A stretch of 60,216 nucleotides of DNA from Actinomycetes bacterium (GTDB lineage Bacteria; Actinomycetota; Thermoleophilia; BMS3ABIN01): assembly GCA_021790115.1 (NCBI GenBank), contig JAJYIM010000005.1, positions 1 to 60,216 on the forward strand, read 5' to 3'. The notes beneath the pieces are model-generated. The model was not told the origin of the DNA. It worked only from the letters and a program-made list of their open reading frames with translations, and searched no databases. Positions 45,363 through 54,719 of the stretch are shown piece by piece. Position 1 is the first letter of the stretch; every line of letters begins with the position of its first letter. A program made the translations under genes and the position numbers.

Positions 45363-46325
45363 TCATGGCTGACTCTTAAAGAAATTCCATATCAAATAAG
45401 TTGCAGAAATAGCGGTGCTTGGAGTAGCCGCGGCGGCTCTCGCCTTTTGTCCGCCAGGCCAAGAGTGGCCGTCGCTCGAAGTGACGCAGAGTTCCACCTG
45501 TGTGTTGGCCATGCCGCCGCTATAAAGATCACAATATGCGTTCTGGCTGCCCGGGATTTTCTGAGAAAGGCTACCAACCTTATCAATAGCAACCCATTTT
45601 GAGATGGTGGCTGCGACGGATGTAAAATTAACCTTGCTCCCCAGAAGCCCCTGGCCGTTTCCTCCGCCAAATGGAACATTTTCATCGTTCAAGGCATGAA
45701 TGTGCATGATGGAGACAGGCCTTGAGGGCCGGCAGTTAAAATCATTATCCGTGCCAGCCACCGAAGCCACGGCTTTAAATTGATCTGACATCTCACAGGC
45801 AAGCCGGTATGTCAACATGCCCCCGTTGGAAAAGCCGGCGCCAAAAACTCTGGAGCGATCGACATTATATTTAGATTTCATATCAGCAAGGATTGCTTTG
45901 ACAAAACCGATATCATCAACGTTATTACTTTGTGCGTACCCACAACAATTACCAGCATTCCAGGTGCTTAGCCCGGCAGGTCCACTTGTGCCATTGGGAA
46001 AAGCGACGATAAAACCCTGCTGATCTGATTCGGGAATCCAGTTATAATAAGTTGCCATGTTATCTGCGTTGCCGCCGCCGCCATGAAAGACTAAAACCAG
46101 CGGCGCGGGCCTGTCCGCATGATAAGCAGCAGGGACATGGACGCGATATGTTCTATTGAGGTTTCCGACTTGCAGGGAATAATCATAATTTCCCGGCCGT
46201 GGAGCAGGACCGCCGCCGGATTGAGACTGTGAAGAGCAGGAACTTCCCAGCATTATTAATGCCAGAAAAATGACAATGGCGCTTGCCCGCTCGGCCAGCA
46301 CGAGAATATTTTTTAGCTCTGGCAT
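45363..46325 (-). CDS. Secreted/lipoprotein esterase, PHB depolymerase/LpqC family
   Basis: HGGGG, WNAGNCCG, DDIGF, GFSNGG, GHSWPG. Confidence 0.88.
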   Translation of the reverse strand: MPELKNILVLAERASAIVIFLALIMLGSSCSSQSQSGGGPAPRPGNYDYSLQVGNLNRTYRVHVPAAYHADRPAPLVLVFHGGGGNADNMATYYNWIPESDQQGFIVAFPNGTSGPAGLSTWNAGNCCGYAQSNNVDDIGFVKAILADMKSKYNVDRSRVFGAGFSNGGMLTYRLACEMSDQFKAVASVAGTDNDFNCRPSRPVSIMHIHALNDENVPFGGGNGQGLLGSKVNFTSVAATISKWVAIDKVGSLSQKIPGSQNAYCDLYSGGMANTQVELCVTSSDGHSWPGGQKARAAAATPSTAISATYLIWNFFKSQP

Positions 46326-46440
46326 AACTGGTGCAGAGAAAGGGGCGCAGCTCCAATCAAGGGAAGGACCATCTTAAAACTGCCCGTTTCGAGGCCGGTT
46401 TTAATGGGCATAAAACAGCCTCTAATCAGGAAAACAAGCT

Positions 46441-46515
46441 TGGTGGGCGATGGCGGATTTGAACCACCGGCCCCCTGCTTGTAAGGCAGGTGCTCTCCCA
46501 CTGAGCTAATCGCCC
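46441..46515 (-). tRNA. tRNA-Val(TAC)
   Basis: GGGCGATTAGCTCAGTGGGAGAGCACCTGCCTTACAAGCAGG...GGTTCAAATCC...CCA. Confidence 0.97.
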
Positions 46516-46632
46516 ATAAATCAGATTCTGGATGCCGGATTCTGGATAAATCTGGCTGAATCGAAACCAACTCATAATATTTTAAAGGGATTTATCCAGT
46601 ATCTAGAATCCAGTATCCAGCATCCGCTTTAA

Positions 46633-46708
46633 TGGTGCCCCCAGGGGAATTCGAATCCCCGCCGCCGCCTTGAAAGGGCGGTGTCCTAGGCCACTAGACG
46701 ATGGGGGC
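46633..46708 (-). tRNA. tRNA-Glu(TTC)
   Basis: GCCCCCATCGTCTAGTGGCCTAGGACACCGCCCTTTCAAGGCGG...TTCGAAT...CCA. Confidence 0.97.
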
Positions 46709-46831
46709 AAAAATCTGATGGTGGATGGCAGATGCTGGATGGTGGATAAAAGACAAGGTACGTCTTCACTTTGCTTAAGAATGACAACCCACGGTTATCC
46801 ACCATCTACCATCCACCATCTACCATCCGTT

Positions 46832-46907
46832 TGGTGAGCCGTACTGGACTCGAACCAGTGACACCCGGATTAAAAGTCCGGTGCTCTACCAACTGAGCTA
46901 ACGGCCC
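46832..46907 (-). tRNA. tRNA-Lys(TTT)
   Basis: GGGCCGTTAGCTCAGTTGGTAGAGCACCGGACTTTTAATCCGG...GGTTCGAGTCC...CCA. Confidence 0.97.
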
Positions 46908-47198
46908 TTGGAGCATATTCTTGATATCGTCGCTCCTTGATGCTGGATTCCGGATAAACCTGCTGACAGAATTTTTTATCCAGCATCCGGATGCATAGTG
47001 TACTATAGCCTGGTGTCAGCAAACAAACAGAAAACAGATGCCGGATGCCGGACATTGGATCCTGGCTAAACCCTGACAAAAGTTTTTAGCCAGCGTCCAG
47101 AATCCGGAATCCAATGTCTGCTTTACTGCTTCACTTTCCCCCTAAGCGGGGAATATCAAAACGCTCAGTCGTTTATCATTCACGAGGGAAGGTTGCAA

Positions 47199-49244
47199 AT
47201 GAACAAAACTGAACAACTGGACCGGCTGTGCATCGATACGATCAGGTTCCTGGCGGTGGACGCCGTCCAGAAAGCCAGCTCCGGCCATCCGGGCATGCCG
47301 ATGGGCGCGGCGCCGATGGCCTATGTTCTTTGGACCAAATTTCTCAAATTTGATCCCAGCGATCCGCACTGGCCCAACCGCGACCGGTTTATCCTTTCCG
47401 CCGGGCATGGCTCGATGCTGCTTTACGCGCTTCTTTTCCTGACCGGATACGAGGAAATGACTATCGATCAGATCAAGAATTTCCGCCAATGGGACAGTAA
47501 TACGCCCGGCCACCCGGAAAGCCTGCTGACCGAAGGCGTTGAAGTCACCACGGGGCCATTGGGGCAGGGCTTCGGCTGCGGCGTCGGCATGGCAATTGCT
47601 GAGCGCTACTTGGCCGCGCTTTACAACACGCCTGAGCACAATATCATTGACCATTACACCTATGCTATCACCAGTGACGGCGACCTGATGGAGGGGGTTG
47701 CCTCCGAAGCGGCTTCCATCGCCGGGCACCTGGGATTGGGCAAGCTGGTTTATCTTTATGACGACAACCATGTTTCCATCGAAGGTAGCACAAAGCTGGC
47801 ATTCACCGAGGACCGCGGCAGGCGATTCGAGGCTTACGGCTGGCATGTGGAGCATGCCGAGGACGGCAATGACCTCGCCGAGATCGAGACCGCCATCGAA
47901 GCTGCCCGGCTGGAGCTTGAGCGGCCTTCTCTCGTCATTGTGCGCACCCATATCGGTTACGGCAGCCCCCACAAGCAGGACACGGCCGCCGCCCACGGCG
48001 AGCCGCTGGGCGCCGAGGAGGTGAGACTGACCAAGGAGGCGCTCGGCTGGCCGCTGGAGCCTGATTTCCTCGTGCCTGACGAAGCGCTCGCCCATTTTCG
48101 CGAGGCAAGGGCCAGGGGAGAACTGCTCAACGGCGAGTGGCAGAGCCGCTTTTCCGTCTACGAAGAAAATATGCCCGGGGAGGCGTCCCGTTTCCAGGCT
48201 GCCTTGAAGCGGGAGTTGCCCGACGGCTGGCAGGACAGCCTGCCCTCATTTAAAACGGGCGACGGACCGCTGGCCACCCGGGTGGCGTCAGGCAAGTGCA
48301 TTAATGCGCTGGCGCCGAAACTGCCGCAGCTGCTGGGCGGGTCCGCCGACCTGGCGCCTTCGACGATGACCTTGATCGAAGGCGGCGGCGACTTCGAGCC
48401 CGGGTCAACCGGGCGCAACCTTCATTTTGGCGTGCGTGAGCACGGCATGGGCGCCATTGTCAACGGCATGGCCCGGCACGGTGGCGTCATCCCGTACGGG
48501 GCAACATTTCTGATTTTTTCCGATTACATGCGCGCCTCCATCAGAATCGGGGCGCTGCAGCAGGCGCCCGCCATCTGGGTATTCACCCACGACAGCGTCG
48601 GTCTGGGCGAGGACGGCCCCACCCACCAGCCGGTCGAGCATCTGATGTCGCTAAGAGCGATACCCGGCCTGGTCCTTATCCGCCCCGCCGACGCCTGTGA
48701 GACTGCTGCCGCCTGGCGAGAGGCCTTAAAGCTGTACCGGCGGGGGGTGCCCGTGGCCATGGCGCTCACGCGGCAAAAATTGCCTGTGCTCGATTTTGCA
48801 GACGCGGCGGCAGGCGTGGCCCGGGGAGCTTACGTGATCTCGGAAGCAGCAGGCGGCGCCATGGTAATCGACGTGATCCTGATCGCCACGGGGTCGGAAG
48901 TGCACGTGGCCCTTGAAGCCAGACGGCTGCTGCAGGAAAGAAAAATTCAGGCACGGGTGGTGAGCATGCCCAGTTGGGAGATGTTTGAGGAGCAGGATGA
49001 GGAATACCGGCAGGAGGTTTTGCCGGCCGCGGTTGCCACCCGCGTTTCTGTGGAAGCCGGGGTTACTCTTGGCTGGAGCCGCTATGTGGGCGGCGCCGGC
49101 GCTGCGGTGGGAATCGACCGCTTTGGCGCCTCGGCGCCAGGCGGCATTGTCATGGATAAGCTGGGCATCAATGCGGAAAACGTGGCGGCGAAGGCGCTAA
49201 AGCTGATAGCGCATGAGCCGGGGAAGGCCGCGTGGGATCTGTAG
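47199..49244 (+). CDS. tkt: Transketolase
   Basis: [46 protein letters not shown]. Confidence 0.97.
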   Translation: MNKTEQLDRLCIDTIRFLAVDAVQKASSGHPGMPMGAAPMAYVLWTKFLKFDPSDPHWPNRDRFILSAGHGSMLLYALLFLTGYEEMTIDQIKNFRQWDSNTPGHPESLLTEGVEVTTGPLGQGFGCGVGMAIAERYLAALYNTPEHNIIDHYTYAITSDGDLMEGVASEAASIAGHLGLGKLVYLYDDNHVSIEGSTKLAFTEDRGRRFEAYGWHVEHAEDGNDLAEIETAIEAARLELERPSLVIVRTHIGYGSPHKQDTAAAHGEPLGAEEVRLTKEALGWPLEPDFLVPDEALAHFREARARGELLNGEWQSRFSVYEENMPGEASRFQAALKRELPDGWQDSLPSFKTGDGPLATRVASGKCINALAPKLPQLLGGSADLAPSTMTLIEGGGDFEPGSTGRNLHFGVREHGMGAIVNGMARHGGVIPYGATFLIFSDYMRASIRIGALQQAPAIWVFTHDSVGLGEDGPTHQPVEHLMSLRAIPGLVLIRPADACETAAAWREALKLYRRGVPVAMALTRQKLPVLDFADAAAGVARGAYVISEAAGGAMVIDVILIATGSEVHVALEARRLLQERKIQARVVSMPSWEMFEEQDEEYRQEVLPAAVATRVSVEAGVTLGWSRYVGGAGAAVGIDRFGASAPGGIVMDKLGINAENVAAKALKLIAHEPGKAAWDL

Positions 49245-49268
49245 GGGCGCAGCATGCTGTACCCCTAC
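49241..49268. repeat. REP palindrome, family B (RAYT-associated)
   Basis: GTAGGGGCGCAGCATGCTGTACCCCTAC; contains both tkt and RAYT stop codons. Confidence 0.8.
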
Positions 49269-49805
49269 AACTTATGCATGCGATTCTCCGGATCTTCCAT
49301 CCATTTGCAAGGATTTCCTGCGATGTATTCCTGGATTTCGGCAAGGTCATCGGCGTTTCTGATCACGTGCTCGAAATAATTTCGTTGCCAGACAGGCGCG
49401 CCGGGGGTGGCCCGCATCTCGTTGATTCGTTTGGTTGCAGCGGATTTAAATTGACCGACAATGGCGCCGATGGAACCTGGCGGCGGTCCTTTCGGGACTG
49501 TGGAACGCGTAGGGGCGACCCGCCGGGTCGCCCCTACATCATACATCATATTTGATAACAATTATACCGTGGATATGATTAGGCATAACCACATACATAT
49601 CCAATTCGACACTGGGGCGAATAATTTCTGCCTTTAGCCATTCATCCTCTACGATTCGTCCAATATTGGTCAACTTGACACCGCCATCAATAACTTCTCC
49701 AAAGATACATTGTCTACCTTGAGTACAAATTGTGACAACATATCCGCCCTTTTGAGTATAGTCGTATCCCTGGATTCTGATTGACCGTCTTTTTTGCTGT
49801 CTCAT
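49265..49805 (-). pseudogene. REP-associated tyrosine transposase (RAYT, IS200/Y1 family), frameshifted
   Basis: RRSIRIQGYDY, YVVTICT, VVMPNHIHGII (HUH), FKS, VWQRNYFEHVIR, YIAGNP; 7-bp duplication CATCATA at 49537-49550 breaks the frame. Confidence 0.88.
49509..49537. repeat. REP palindrome, family B, inside the RAYT gene
   Basis: GTAGGGGCGACCCGCCGGGTCGCCCCTAC. Confidence 0.85.
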
Positions 49806-49818
49806 GATTTCCCCTTAC

Positions 49819-49845
49819 GGGGGCGACCCGCCGGGTCGCCCCTAC
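49819..49845. repeat. REP palindrome, family B, upstream of RAYT
   Basis: GGGGGCGACCCGCCGGGTCGCCCCTAC. Confidence 0.85.
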
Positions 49846-49930
49846 GCCCCGCGGGCCGCTAACGCTTATTCCGGCCAGCATTAACCTCGAGCCAAGATTG
49901 AGTGGGAAATGAATTCGGAGGACTGTGAAC

Positions 49931-51490
49931 CTAATGCAAAAAGTGCCGCACGCGGGTGAAGATCATCGCGACGCCCTTATCGTCGCAGACCTTGATGGCT
50001 TCCTGGTCGCGGCTGGCGCCGCCGGGCTGGATGACACAGGTTACGCCTCTGGAAATAAGCAGGTCCAGCGCATCAGTGAATGGGAAAAAAGCGTCAGAAC
50101 CGCATGCGGCACCGTCGATGTCGGCCTGGGCCTTGTGCAGCGCCAGGCTGGCGGCGCCCACCCGGCTCATCTGGCCGGCGCCGATGCCTGCCGTCGTCAG
50201 ATCCTTGGCGATGACGATGGCGTTTGAGCGCGCATGCTTGGCCACCCGCCAGGCAAACAGGGCGTCGCCCCATTCATCCTCGTTTGGATGGCGCTTGGTG
50301 ACGACCTGCATGTTCTCGCGCTCGTCAATGCCGGAGTCCTTGTCCTGAACCAGCATGCCGCCCATCACCCGCCTGTAATCAGGCTCGCCGGTGACAGCCT
50401 TGCGCCGCTCTTCGTTGACCAATAACCTGATTCTTGGTTTCTTTGTCAGCAACTCGGCCGCCTCGGCGGTGAAACCGGGCGCCAGCAGCACTTCAATAAA
50501 CTTCTTGGCCATCAGCCCGGCCAGCTCTTCGTCGATTATCCTGTTCACAGCCACCACCGAGCCAAAGGCGCTAATGGGGTCGGCCGCCCAGGCTTTCCGG
50601 TATGCGCGGATGATGTCCTCCGCCACAGCGGCGCCACAGGGGTTGTTATGCTTGGTAACTACTGCCGCCGGCAGCGAGAACTCCCTCAGCAATTCGCGGG
50701 CGCTGTTAATATCAAGCAGATTGTTAAACCCCAGCGCGATGCCGTGCAGTTGGGTCACCCGGCTAAGAAGATGGCGCCGGGCGCCGACTTCGGCGTAATA
50801 AGCCGCCCGCTGATGCGGGTTTTCCCCGTACCGGAGCGGTTGCACCCTTTCAAAGTCCAGCAGCATGAAGGGTGGAAAGTCGTCCGCGCCCTCGCTGAAC
50901 CAGTTGGCAATGACCGTGTCATAGTGGGCAATGCTGTGGAATGTCTGCGTGGCCAGCCGCCGCAGCGTCGCGGCGCTCAACTGGTTGTCGCTGGCTTTCA
51001 TCTCCTCAATGATCCCGGCGTAGTGGCGCGGATCGGTGACCACGGCCACACTCTTGAAATTCTTCGCCGCCGCGCGCACCATTGTCGGGCCGCCAATGTC
51101 AATATTCTCAATGACTTCGTCATCGGTGACACCCCGCCGGCCGGACACCTCCTCAAACGGATATAAATTAACTACCACCATGTCAATCGGCTTGATGTTG
51201 TGCTCTTTCAAGGTCAGCATATGCTCGTGCTTGTCGCGGTCGGCCAGCAATGCCGCGTGGATGTGCGGATGCAGGGTCTTGACGCGGCCGTCGAGAACCT
51301 CGGGAAAGCCGGTGACATCACTGATGGGAATTACCTTGACGCCCGCCTCCTCCAGGAAACGGGCGGTGCCGCCGGTGGATATGATCTCGACCCCCAGGTC
51401 AGCCAGCGACCGGGCAAATTTATCGAGGCCGATCTTGTTGGAAGCAGAGATGAGTGCGCGTTTGACTTTCAAATTGGACCTCCCCTGCAT
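49931..51490 (-). CDS. purH: Bifunctional AICAR transformylase/IMP cyclohydrolase
   Basis: STGGT, GRVKTLHP, IDIGGP, LRYGENPHQ, KHNNPCG, SDAFFPF, RHFLH. Confidence 0.97.
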   Translation of the reverse strand: MQGRSNLKVKRALISASNKIGLDKFARSLADLGVEIISTGGTARFLEEAGVKVIPISDVTGFPEVLDGRVKTLHPHIHAALLADRDKHEHMLTLKEHNIKPIDMVVVNLYPFEEVSGRRGVTDDEVIENIDIGGPTMVRAAAKNFKSVAVVTDPRHYAGIIEEMKASDNQLSAATLRRLATQTFHSIAHYDTVIANWFSEGADDFPPFMLLDFERVQPLRYGENPHQRAAYYAEVGARRHLLSRVTQLHGIALGFNNLLDINSARELLREFSLPAAVVTKHNNPCGAAVAEDIIRAYRKAWAADPISAFGSVVAVNRIIDEELAGLMAKKFIEVLLAPGFTAEAAELLTKKPRIRLLVNEERRKAVTGEPDYRRVMGGMLVQDKDSGIDERENMQVVTKRHPNEDEWGDALFAWRVAKHARSNAIVIAKDLTTAGIGAGQMSRVGAASLALHKAQADIDGAACGSDAFFPFTDALDLLISRGVTCVIQPGGASRDQEAIKVCDDKGVAMIFTRVRHFLH

Positions 51491-51520
51491 GGCTCGAAAG
51501 TTAATAACACATACCGGCGC

Positions 51521-52165
51521 TTATTCAACAATGACCCGACGCGAATTATCACTGTCGAAATGGACGCGGCCGACGGCAATCAGCTCGATGGCCTCCGGCA
51601 ACAACCTGTGCTCAACCTCGTGGATCCGGGCGGCCAAGCTTTCAACGGTGTCATTATATGCTATGTCCACAGCTTCTTGAAGAATAATGGGGCCGGTGTC
51701 GGTGCCATCGTCAACAAAGTGCACGGTCACGCCCGTGATGCGGACGCCGTAGGCGATGGCGTCCTCGATGCCGGAGACGCCAGGGAAAGACGGCAGCAGC
51801 GCCGGGTGCAGGTTAATGACGCGCTGGGGGAAACGCTTAAGCAGCGCCGGCGTCACCACCCGCATATAGCCGGCCAGCACCACCAGATCAACGCCGCGGC
51901 GCTCGAGCTCGGCGGCGATGGCGAGATCGTGGGCTGGACGCCCGGGAAAAGCCTGGGGCTTAATGACGGCTGTAGGAATGCCCGCCCGCTCGGCCCGCGC
52001 CAGTCCGTAAGCGTCCGGCCTGTCGCTGATGACGACGGCCACCTCAATGCCTTGCGGCTCCCGGTGCAGCTTGTCGATGATGCTTTGCAGGTTGGTGCCT
52101 GAACCCGAGACCAGCACTCCCAGGCGGAAAGCGCGCCGCGCCTGCTCTTGCACCTCATTCCCCAT
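51521..52165 (-). CDS. purN: Phosphoribosylglycinamide formyltransferase
   Basis: SGSGTNLQ, LAGYMR, INLHPALLP, TVHFVD...DTGPII. Confidence 0.96.
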   Translation of the reverse strand: MGNEVQEQARRAFRLGVLVSGSGTNLQSIIDKLHREPQGIEVAVVISDRPDAYGLARAERAGIPTAVIKPQAFPGRPAHDLAIAAELERRGVDLVVLAGYMRVVTPALLKRFPQRVINLHPALLPSFPGVSGIEDAIAYGVRITGVTVHFVDDGTDTGPIILQEAVDIAYNDTVESLAARIHEVEHRLLPEAIELIAVGRVHFDSDNSRRVIVE

Positions 52166-53189
52166 TGATAAACTCGACTCTGGCTGCCCCGGCCTCAATG
52201 CGGCCGATTGTCAACGAGCCGGGCGCCGCCGCCAGCGCTTTTTTCTCACAGCCGGGCGGCACAATGGCCACATAGCCGATTCCCATATTAAATGTGCGCC
52301 GCATCTCTTCGGCCGCCACATTTCCCAGGCGCGCCAGCTCGGTAAACAGAGGTGGCACCTGCCAACTGGAAAGATTGATGTGGGCTGTGAGCCCGTCCGG
52401 GATCACTCGCGCGAGGTTTCCGGGCAGGCCGCCGCCGGTGATGTGAGCCATGGCGCGCACTTTGCAGGCAGCCGCCAGCGCGGCCGCCCGGCCAGTGTAG
52501 ATGACGGTCGGCTCCAGCAGCAGCTCCCCGACGGGGCCCAGGCCGGGCAGCTCATCAACATAGGAGATTTTATTAACCTCAAGTATTTTTCTTACCAGTG
52601 AAAAACCATTGCTGTGGATGCCGCTGGAAGCGAGGCCGATAATTGCGTCTCCTGCCTGCACCTGCGCGGGGTCGATGATCTTTTCCTTCTCCACCACGCC
52701 CACGGCAAAACCGGCCAGGTCAAACTGCCCATTCTGGTAAAGGCCGGGCATCTCCGCAGTCTCGCCCCCCAACAGGACGCAGCCCGAGCGGCGGCATCCT
52801 TCAGCCACGCCCTCCACCAGTGCCGCTGCTTTTTCCGGCTCGAGCCTGCCGGCGGCCAGGTAATCAAGAAAGAGGAGCGGCCTGGCTCCCGTGGTTATCA
52901 GGTCGTTTACCGACATCGCCACCAGGTCGATGCCGACGCCGGAAAAGCGTCCCAGCGCCTCGGCAACCAGTACCTTGGTGCCGACGCCGTCGGTGGCGGC
53001 CGCCAGCACCGGGTTTTTTAACTTCGGCAGCTCGACAAGGCCGGCAAAGCCTCCCAGCCCTCCCAGGACCCGGGCGCCGCTGGCAGTTGAGGCAACTGCG
53101 GCCCTGATCCGCCTGACCACCTCGGCGCCGGCATCTATGCTAACGCCGGCGCCCGCGTAGGTAAGGCGCTCTTTCGGGCCGCCGTTTAT
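52155..53189 (-). CDS. purM: AIR synthetase; probable non-canonical ATA start
   Basis: TDGVGTK, GGETAEMPG, HSNG, HITGGG, TFNMG; conserved LTYAGAGV lies upstream of the first canonical start (53120). Confidence 0.93.
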   Translation of the reverse strand: MNGGPKERLTYAGAGVSIDAGAEVVRRIRAAVASTASGARVLGGLGGFAGLVELPKLKNPVLAAATDGVGTKVLVAEALGRFSGVGIDLVAMSVNDLITTGARPLLFLDYLAAGRLEPEKAAALVEGVAEGCRRSGCVLLGGETAEMPGLYQNGQFDLAGFAVGVVEKEKIIDPAQVQAGDAIIGLASSGIHSNGFSLVRKILEVNKISYVDELPGLGPVGELLLEPTVIYTGRAAALAAACKVRAMAHITGGGLPGNLARVIPDGLTAHINLSSWQVPPLFTELARLGNVAAEEMRRTFNMGIGYVAIVPPGCEKKALAAAPGSLTIGRIEAGAARVEFINGE

Positions 53190-54658
53190 GCTACCGGCTC
53201 CTTGTTGACTTTGCCGTCGGGGGCTGTGCCTTGCTCCACCTGCTCAAACCGGTGCTTGCTTGCCTTCACATCTTCCGGAATATCAATGGGATAATGCCCG
53301 GTGAAACAGGCGCGGCAGAAGCGCTCCGGCGGCAGCCCCACTGCACGTTGCAATCCTTCCAGGGTAATGTACTCCAGCGATGTCGCGCCCACATGCCGGC
53401 GGATCTCATCAATGTTTTTCTCCGAAGCAATCAGCTCCGTGCTGGTGGAAGTATCAATCCCAAAAAAGCAGGAATGTGTGATCGGCGGGGAGCTGATGCG
53501 CAGATGCACCTCTTTTGCCCCCGCGCCAAACAGCATCTGCACAATCTTGTGGGTGGTGTTGCCGCGCACGATCGAGTCATCCACGACCACCAGGCGCTTG
53601 CCCTTGATCAGCTCCGCCAGCGGATTCAGCTTGACGCGGATGCCATGCTGGCGCAAGTCCTGATCCGGCTGGATAAAAGTGCGCCCCACGTAGCGGTTCT
53701 TGATCAGCCCCTCTCCGTAGGCGATGCCACTCTCGCGGGCAAAACCAATGGCTGCCGGCGTGCCGGTGTCGGGAATTGGAATCGCCATGTCAGCCCGGGC
53801 GGGGGACTCGCGCGCCAGCTCCTCGCCCATCCGGTTGCGGATGCGCGAGACTGTCTGCCCCTCGATCACCGAGTCGGGCCGGGCGAAATAAATAAACTCA
53901 AAAATGCAAAGACCCTGGTCGCGGGCAGGCGGCACGACTTGACGCAGCTCCATTTTCCCGGCCTTAAGCACAACCATTTGGCCGGGCTTCACTTCCTGAA
54001 TAAAACTGGCGCCTACGATGTCAAGACCGCAGCTTTCCGAAGCAAGCATAAAATTGCCGTCCTCCAGCCTGCCCACGCAAAGCGGCCGCACCCCCCAGGG
54101 ATCGCGAAAGCCGACGACTACGCCCTGGCTTAAGAGCACCACGGAGAAGGCGCCCCGGAGCTGGGGCATTACCGCCGCCACCGCCCCCGTGATATCCGGC
54201 GCCGGGTTGGTGGCAATCAGCGCCGCCAGCAGTTCGCTGTCGCTGGTTGTGGTGAACTTGACGTTATGACCGGAAAGTAATTGTCTCAGCTCCGCCGTAT
54301 TGACAATGTTGCCGTTGTGCGCCAAGGCAACCGTATGCCCGTCGCGGATGTGGCAGACCGGCTGCGCGTTGCACCAGCGCGTCGAGCCGGTAGTGGAATA
54401 GCGCACGTGGCCGATGGCCGCCTGCCCGGAAAGGCTTTTCAGGGTCTCTTCCTTAAAGACCTGGGACACCAGGCCCATGTCCCTAAAGACGGTCAAGTGG
54501 CCGTTGTCGGAGACGGCGATGCCCGCGCTTTCCTGGCCGCGGTGCTGCAGGGCAAACAGCGAGAAAAAGGCCAGCCGGCTGACGTCGCGACCCGGGGCGC
54601 TGATGCCCACTATGCCGCAGGCTTCTTCCGGTTTATCATGTTCAAGAATTATAGCCAA
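53186..54658 (-). CDS. purF: Amidophosphoribosyltransferase
   Basis: EACGIVG, LQHRGQE, GHVRYST, HNGN, VDDSIVRG. Confidence 0.97.
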   Translation of the reverse strand: MAIILEHDKPEEACGIVGISAPGRDVSRLAFFSLFALQHRGQESAGIAVSDNGHLTVFRDMGLVSQVFKEETLKSLSGQAAIGHVRYSTTGSTRWCNAQPVCHIRDGHTVALAHNGNIVNTAELRQLLSGHNVKFTTTSDSELLAALIATNPAPDITGAVAAVMPQLRGAFSVVLLSQGVVVGFRDPWGVRPLCVGRLEDGNFMLASESCGLDIVGASFIQEVKPGQMVVLKAGKMELRQVVPPARDQGLCIFEFIYFARPDSVIEGQTVSRIRNRMGEELARESPARADMAIPIPDTGTPAAIGFARESGIAYGEGLIKNRYVGRTFIQPDQDLRQHGIRVKLNPLAELIKGKRLVVVDDSIVRGNTTHKIVQMLFGAGAKEVHLRISSPPITHSCFFGIDTSTSTELIASEKNIDEIRRHVGATSLEYITLEGLQRAVGLPPERFCRACFTGHYPIDIPEDVKASKHRFEQVEQGTAPDGKVNKEPVA

Positions 54659-54719
54659 AATACCTCATACCCTTAGCAGGTTTAAAATCGTCAAGGCCTG
54701 CCTGACGCCGGTTGTCAGC

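Larger units (their letters stand above)
46524..47118. repeat. Inverted arrays of degenerate 7-bp tandem repeats in tRNA spacers and upstream region
   Basis: 46524-46552 vs 46589-46625; 46717-46749 vs 46795-46828; weaker pairs near 46939-46995 and 47037-47118. Confidence 0.7.

Noticed and set aside
46441-47118. CRISPR array or tRNA-anchored integrative element
   Set aside because: Repeats are degenerate 7-mers without unique spacers; no cas genes, integrase or duplicated tRNA 3' end seen.
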